From: Spirochaetia bacterium
GTDB taxonomy: Bacteria > Spirochaetota > Spirochaetia > SZUA-6 > Bin103
Reading direction: 5' to 3'
NCBI GenBank assembly: GCA_965203905.1
Contig: CBDBDQ010000005.1
Location: 3,968,001-4,032,000, forward strand
DNA length: 64,000 nucleotides
Made by a program: the position numbers and the translations under genes. The stretch's first letter is position 1. Every line of letters begins with the position of its first letter. The notes beneath the pieces are model-generated. The model did not search any database, had not been told where the DNA came from, and was given only the letters and a program-made list of their open reading frames with translations. Below, piece by piece: positions 60,537-64,000 of the stretch.

Positions 60537-62213
60537 ATGCGCATGCGTACCCTGGAGGGCACCGGCCGCCTGTTCGACGTGTGGCGGATTCCCGAGCGCT
60601 TCACCAAGAACCCCGACATCATCCGCTTCCCGTCGGGCAGGCTGATGCTGGTGTTCTGCGACTGCGACAAGCACTGGCCGGAGGAGTCGAGCCGCATCAC
60701 CACCCTGGAGAGCGGCGACGGCGGCGCCACCTGGGGCAACCCGCGGGTGGTGGCGGAGGCGCTGATCGACAAGGGCGAGGAGCGCTGGCTCACGCCGCGG
60801 CTGAGCCGCCTGCGCAGCGGCCGCCTGGTGATCGTGTGCGACCACGACGACTACCACTACTACCACATCGAGCGCCCGTCGGGGGTGTGGATCTGGTTCA
60901 GCGACGACGAGGGCGCCACCTGGAGCGAGCCGCGCCACACCACCATCCCCGGCATCGAGCCGGACCGGGTGGTGGAGCTGGCGGACGGGGCGCTGATCAC
61001 CACCACCGAGGTGGTGCTGCACGACAACTGGCGGCTGGCGATGCTGGCCAGCCGCTCCCGCGACGGCGGCCTGACCTGGGACCCGCCGAGCGTGGTGGCC
61101 AAGGACCCGGGCCACGACTACAACGAGGGCGCGGTGGTGGTGCTCTCCAACGGCGCGCTGGCCTGCGTGATGCGCGAGGAGAACCACAACGGCTATCCCT
61201 CCTGCGTCGCCTTCTCCTACGACTTGGGCCGCACCTGGAGCGGCGTGCGGCCGCTGCCGTTCTCCGGCGACCGGCCCTACGCCAAGGAGCTGCGCGACGG
61301 CCGCGTGCTGGTGACCTACCGCAACCAGGCCGGCAACCGCGGCACCCACGCCTGGGTCGGCGACCTGACCGACACCGCATACCAGGTGTCAGGGGTGCAC
61401 TACGGTGACGAGGTGCGCCTGACCGGCGACGCCCTGCACATCGCCAACCGCCCGCGCGGCGTCACCCGCTACCTGCTGCAGCCGCCGGAGAACCTGCGCA
61501 GCGACATCCTGCTGGAGGCGCGGCTGCGGGTGGCCGGGCCGCCCGGCGTGCCGCTGGCCACGCTGCACGTGAGCCGGGTGTCGTTCCGCGTGCTGGTGCT
61601 GCGCGACGCCATCTGGTGCGACTTCCGGCGGCGGCCGGCGAGCAGCGCCAACCCCGGCTTCCACGGCTCCACCAGCGGCCCGCGGGTGGACGCCGCGCAC
61701 CCGGTGGACATGACCGAGTACCACACCGTTCGGGTCCAGGCCACGGCCGGCCGCATGTGGGTGAGCGTGGACGGCGAGGAGGTGATCCACGGCGTGGTGA
61801 CCCGCGAGTGGCCGCTGGAGGAGACCTGGTTCGGGCGCGAGCCGGAGGCCGGCGGCGAGGCGTGGTTTCAGCACGTGAGCTACCACATCCGCAACCGGCA
61901 CGAGCCGGAGTACGTGTGGCACTGGAACGCGCGCCGCGGCCGCCTGCCCGACCAGTACCAGCTCGATCACATGCTGGAGATCAGCACCAACCCGCCGGCC
62001 GACCCCGTGGCCTACAGCGAAGGGCACCGCGGCGAGGTCAGCAGCGGCGTGCCCGACAACGGCTACTCGTCGTGGGTGGAGCTGCCCGACGGCAACGTCT
62101 ACTTCGTCGACTACACCAACCACGGCGACCCGGCTCCCTTCGGCCACCTGTACGGCGCCGTGCTGACCCCGGACGATTTTCCACAGCCGGACGCCGGACA
62201 CAGCCGGCGGTAG
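60537..62213 (+). CDS. BNR/Asp-box sialidase-fold protein with inserted domain (paralog of 42388-43998)
   Basis: FTKNPD, TPRLSRLR, EPDRVVEL, RPYAK.LRDGRVL and PDNGYSSW shared with 42388-43998. Confidence 0.88.
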   Translation: MRMRTLEGTGRLFDVWRIPERFTKNPDIIRFPSGRLMLVFCDCDKHWPEESSRITTLESGDGGATWGNPRVVAEALIDKGEERWLTPRLSRLRSGRLVIVCDHDDYHYYHIERPSGVWIWFSDDEGATWSEPRHTTIPGIEPDRVVELADGALITTTEVVLHDNWRLAMLASRSRDGGLTWDPPSVVAKDPGHDYNEGAVVVLSNGALACVMREENHNGYPSCVAFSYDLGRTWSGVRPLPFSGDRPYAKELRDGRVLVTYRNQAGNRGTHAWVGDLTDTAYQVSGVHYGDEVRLTGDALHIANRPRGVTRYLLQPPENLRSDILLEARLRVAGPPGVPLATLHVSRVSFRVLVLRDAIWCDFRRRPASSANPGFHGSTSGPRVDAAHPVDMTEYHTVRVQATAGRMWVSVDGEEVIHGVVTREWPLEETWFGREPEAGGEAWFQHVSYHIRNRHEPEYVWHWNARRGRLPDQYQLDHMLEISTNPPADPVAYSEGHRGEVSSGVPDNGYSSWVELPDGNVYFVDYTNHGDPAPFGHLYGAVLTPDDFPQPDAGHSRR

Positions 62214-62217
62214 GGTA

Positions 62218-64000
62218 TTGGCCACGACCATTCCCGCGGCCCGCGCGGAGGCTGCGCTGGTAGCCGCCGCGCTGGCAGGCAACGACGAGCGGGTCGACTC
62301 GATCCTGGAGCGGAACCCGGGGCTGGCCACGGAGTCGGTTGCGGGCGCCCTGGTGCTGGCAGACCCGGCAGCAGCGGGACATCTCCGTCCGGAGAACGTC
62401 AACGCTGCCGTCGGGGAGCGCCGCTGGCCGCCCCTGTTGACGCTCTGCAGCTCCCGCTACCGGTATGGCGACGCGGTGATCCGCGCGGCCCGACTGAAGC
62501 TCGCCCGCACGCTCCTGAAACTGGGCGCCGACCCCAACGCCGGCACGCCCGAGAGGGAAACGGTGCGCGGCTACCGCACCGTGCTCGGGGCCGCCGTCGG
62601 CCGGGCCCGACATCCGCAGCTCGTGCGCCTGCTGCTGTCGCAGGGAGCCGATGCCGCCGACGGTCCCACGTTGTATGAGGGCAGCGCCACGTGGGAGGCG
62701 GTGCGGCGTTGCGACCGCGGGAGCCTGGAGGAGTTGCTCGCCGCCGAGCCGCCGCACTGGCACCTCTGCCACGCGCTGCCACAGAGCCTGCTGCACGACG
62801 ACGTCGAGTTGACGCGCCGGCTGCTGCAAGCCGAGGCCGATCCCAACTGGACCATGGGGGCGTGGGGATTCGGCGGCAACTGCCTGCACGAGGCGGTGGC
62901 GCTCGGCACCGGAGCCGCCGTGCTGGAGGCGCTGCTGAAGCACGGTGCCCAGGTGGAATCCCACGACCGGGACGGCCGCACGCCCCTGGCGCTGGCGGTC
63001 TGTCTTGACCGCACCCCGTTGGCCGGGGTGCTGCACGCGGCCGGTGCGCGCGAGCGCGAGGTGCGGAACGTCGACCGCTGGGTCGGCGCCTGTTTCGCCC
63101 ACGACGGCGACCGGGCCCGCAGGATGCTGGTGGCCGGCATCGAGGAGTTGCGAACCGCGGATCACCTGTGGCTCTGCCGGGCTGCCCGCAGCGGCGATGC
63201 GCAGGCGGTGGCCCTCCTGCTCCAGGGCGGCGTCGATGCCCGCTCGGCCGACGATGATGGGCAGCCGGCGATCCACCTGGCCGTGCGCGCCGGCGACGCC
63301 GAGGGGTGCCGGGCGCTGCTCGCCGGCGGCGCCGATCCGTGGGCCCTGAACTACGCCGGCCAGACCGCGCTCGACTGCGTTCCGAAGGTTGCGGACCGTG
63401 CGGCGCGGGACGAACTGGCGCGAGCGCTGGGCCAGGCCCGGCCTCGAGCGCACACGGTTCCCTTCGACGACCCGGAGCTGGCCGCCGCGTTCGAACGCGC
63501 CGCGGACGCGGTCGTCGGCGGCGATCTCGATGGTCTGCGCGCGCTGCTTCGCGAGCGGCCCGAGCTCGCGACGGCACGCTCCTCGCGCCCGCACCGTTGC
63601 ACGCTGCTGCACTACCTGGGCGCCAACGGGGTGGAAGGCGAGCGCCAGAAGACGCCCGCGAACGCGGTGGCGGTGATCGACCTGCTGCTCGCCGCGGGCA
63701 GCGATCCGAACGCGAGCTGCTACACCTATCGCGGCGGCCCGGGGCAGACTGCCGCCGGGCTGTTGGTGGGCAGTGCTGCGCCCAGGGAAGCGCGGCTGAC
63801 GCTGCCAATGATGGCGGCGCTGGCCCGCGGCGGTGCACGCCTGGACGCGGTCTACACCCTGCTGGTCCGGCTGTCCGTGGGAGACCGTGTCGACCTAACG
63901 GCGGAGCTGGCCGGCCGCGCCCTGGTGGAGAGCGTCACGCTGGGCGAGCCGAGGCTCGTGCAGGCGTTGCTGGACGCCGGCGTGGAGGTCGACAGCCGGC
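62218..64000 (+). CDS. Ankyrin-repeat protein, truncated by window end
   Basis: Manual translation from TTG 62218: LLKLGADPNA, GRTPLALA, GQPAIHLAV, LLAGGADP, TLLHY; absent from the ORF track because it has no stop. Confidence 0.85.
   Translation, partial: MATTIPAARAEAALVAAALAGNDERVDSILERNPGLATESVAGALVLADPAAAGHLRPENVNAAVGERRWPPLLTLCSSRYRYGDAVIRAARLKLARTLLKLGADPNAGTPERETVRGYRTVLGAAVGRARHPQLVRLLLSQGADAADGPTLYEGSATWEAVRRCDRGSLEELLAAEPPHWHLCHALPQSLLHDDVELTRRLLQAEADPNWTMGAWGFGGNCLHEAVALGTGAAVLEALLKHGAQVESHDRDGRTPLALAVCLDRTPLAGVLHAAGAREREVRNVDRWVGACFAHDGDRARRMLVAGIEELRTADHLWLCRAARSGDAQAVALLLQGGVDARSADDDGQPAIHLAVRAGDAEGCRALLAGGADPWALNYAGQTALDCVPKVADRAARDELARALGQARPRAHTVPFDDPELAAAFERAADAVVGGDLDGLRALLRERPELATARSSRPHRCTLLHYLGANGVEGERQKTPANAVAVIDLLLAAGSDPNASCYTYRGGPGQTAAGLLVGSAAPREARLTLPMMAALARGGARLDAVYTLLVRLSVGDRVDLTAELAGRALVESVTLGEPRLVQALLDAGVEVDSR

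Noticed and set aside
55634-62213. Recurring gacggcggc..acctgg DNA motifs
   Set aside because: Simply encode protein Asp-box repeats
1-64000. Many long overlapping ORFs on opposite strands or alternate frames (e.g. 1178-2800, 18102-20330, 20383-22467, 62038-63612)
   Set aside because: Arg/Pro/Ala-rich shadow ORFs expected at high GC; they overlap genes with clear family motifs
1-64000. CRISPR array, tRNA/rRNA, integron attC array
   Set aside because: No regularly spaced repeats, cloverleaf or attC-like core sites seen by eye; no integrase or cas genes

Overview
High-GC bacterial chromosomal window with about 50 CDS and no rRNA, tRNA, CRISPR array, integrase or transposase that I can see. 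The backbone is catabolic: peptide/opine-type (family 5) ABC transporters, SDRs, Gfo/Idh/MocA and GMC oxidoreductases, hydantoinase/oxoprolinase A+B, amidohydrolases, a sulfatase, three PhyH-type dioxygenases, five BNR/Asp-box sialidase-fold proteins around a DegT aminotransferase, a CRTAC1/ASPIC-UnbV protein and an ankyrin-repeat protein. The substrate-binding protein N-termini and this gene mix suggest a Spirochaetota-like, possibly sponge-associated organism (inference). Small accessory cassettes interrupt the backbone: mazEF, hipBA, vapBC, two ABC-ATPase + putative nuclease pairs, a broken FRG gene, an ABC exporter pair with a Fur-like box, and a low-GC orphan gene. The most unusual signal is at the cassette junctions. 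They repeatedly carry same-orientation, heavily mutated, internally deleted or scrambled 'ghost' copies of neighbouring host genes (three of a DppC permease, one or two of the sulfatase, one of a PhyH gene). This suggests recurrent error-prone templated copying during DNA acquisition. All calls come from reading motifs by eye; no searches were run.
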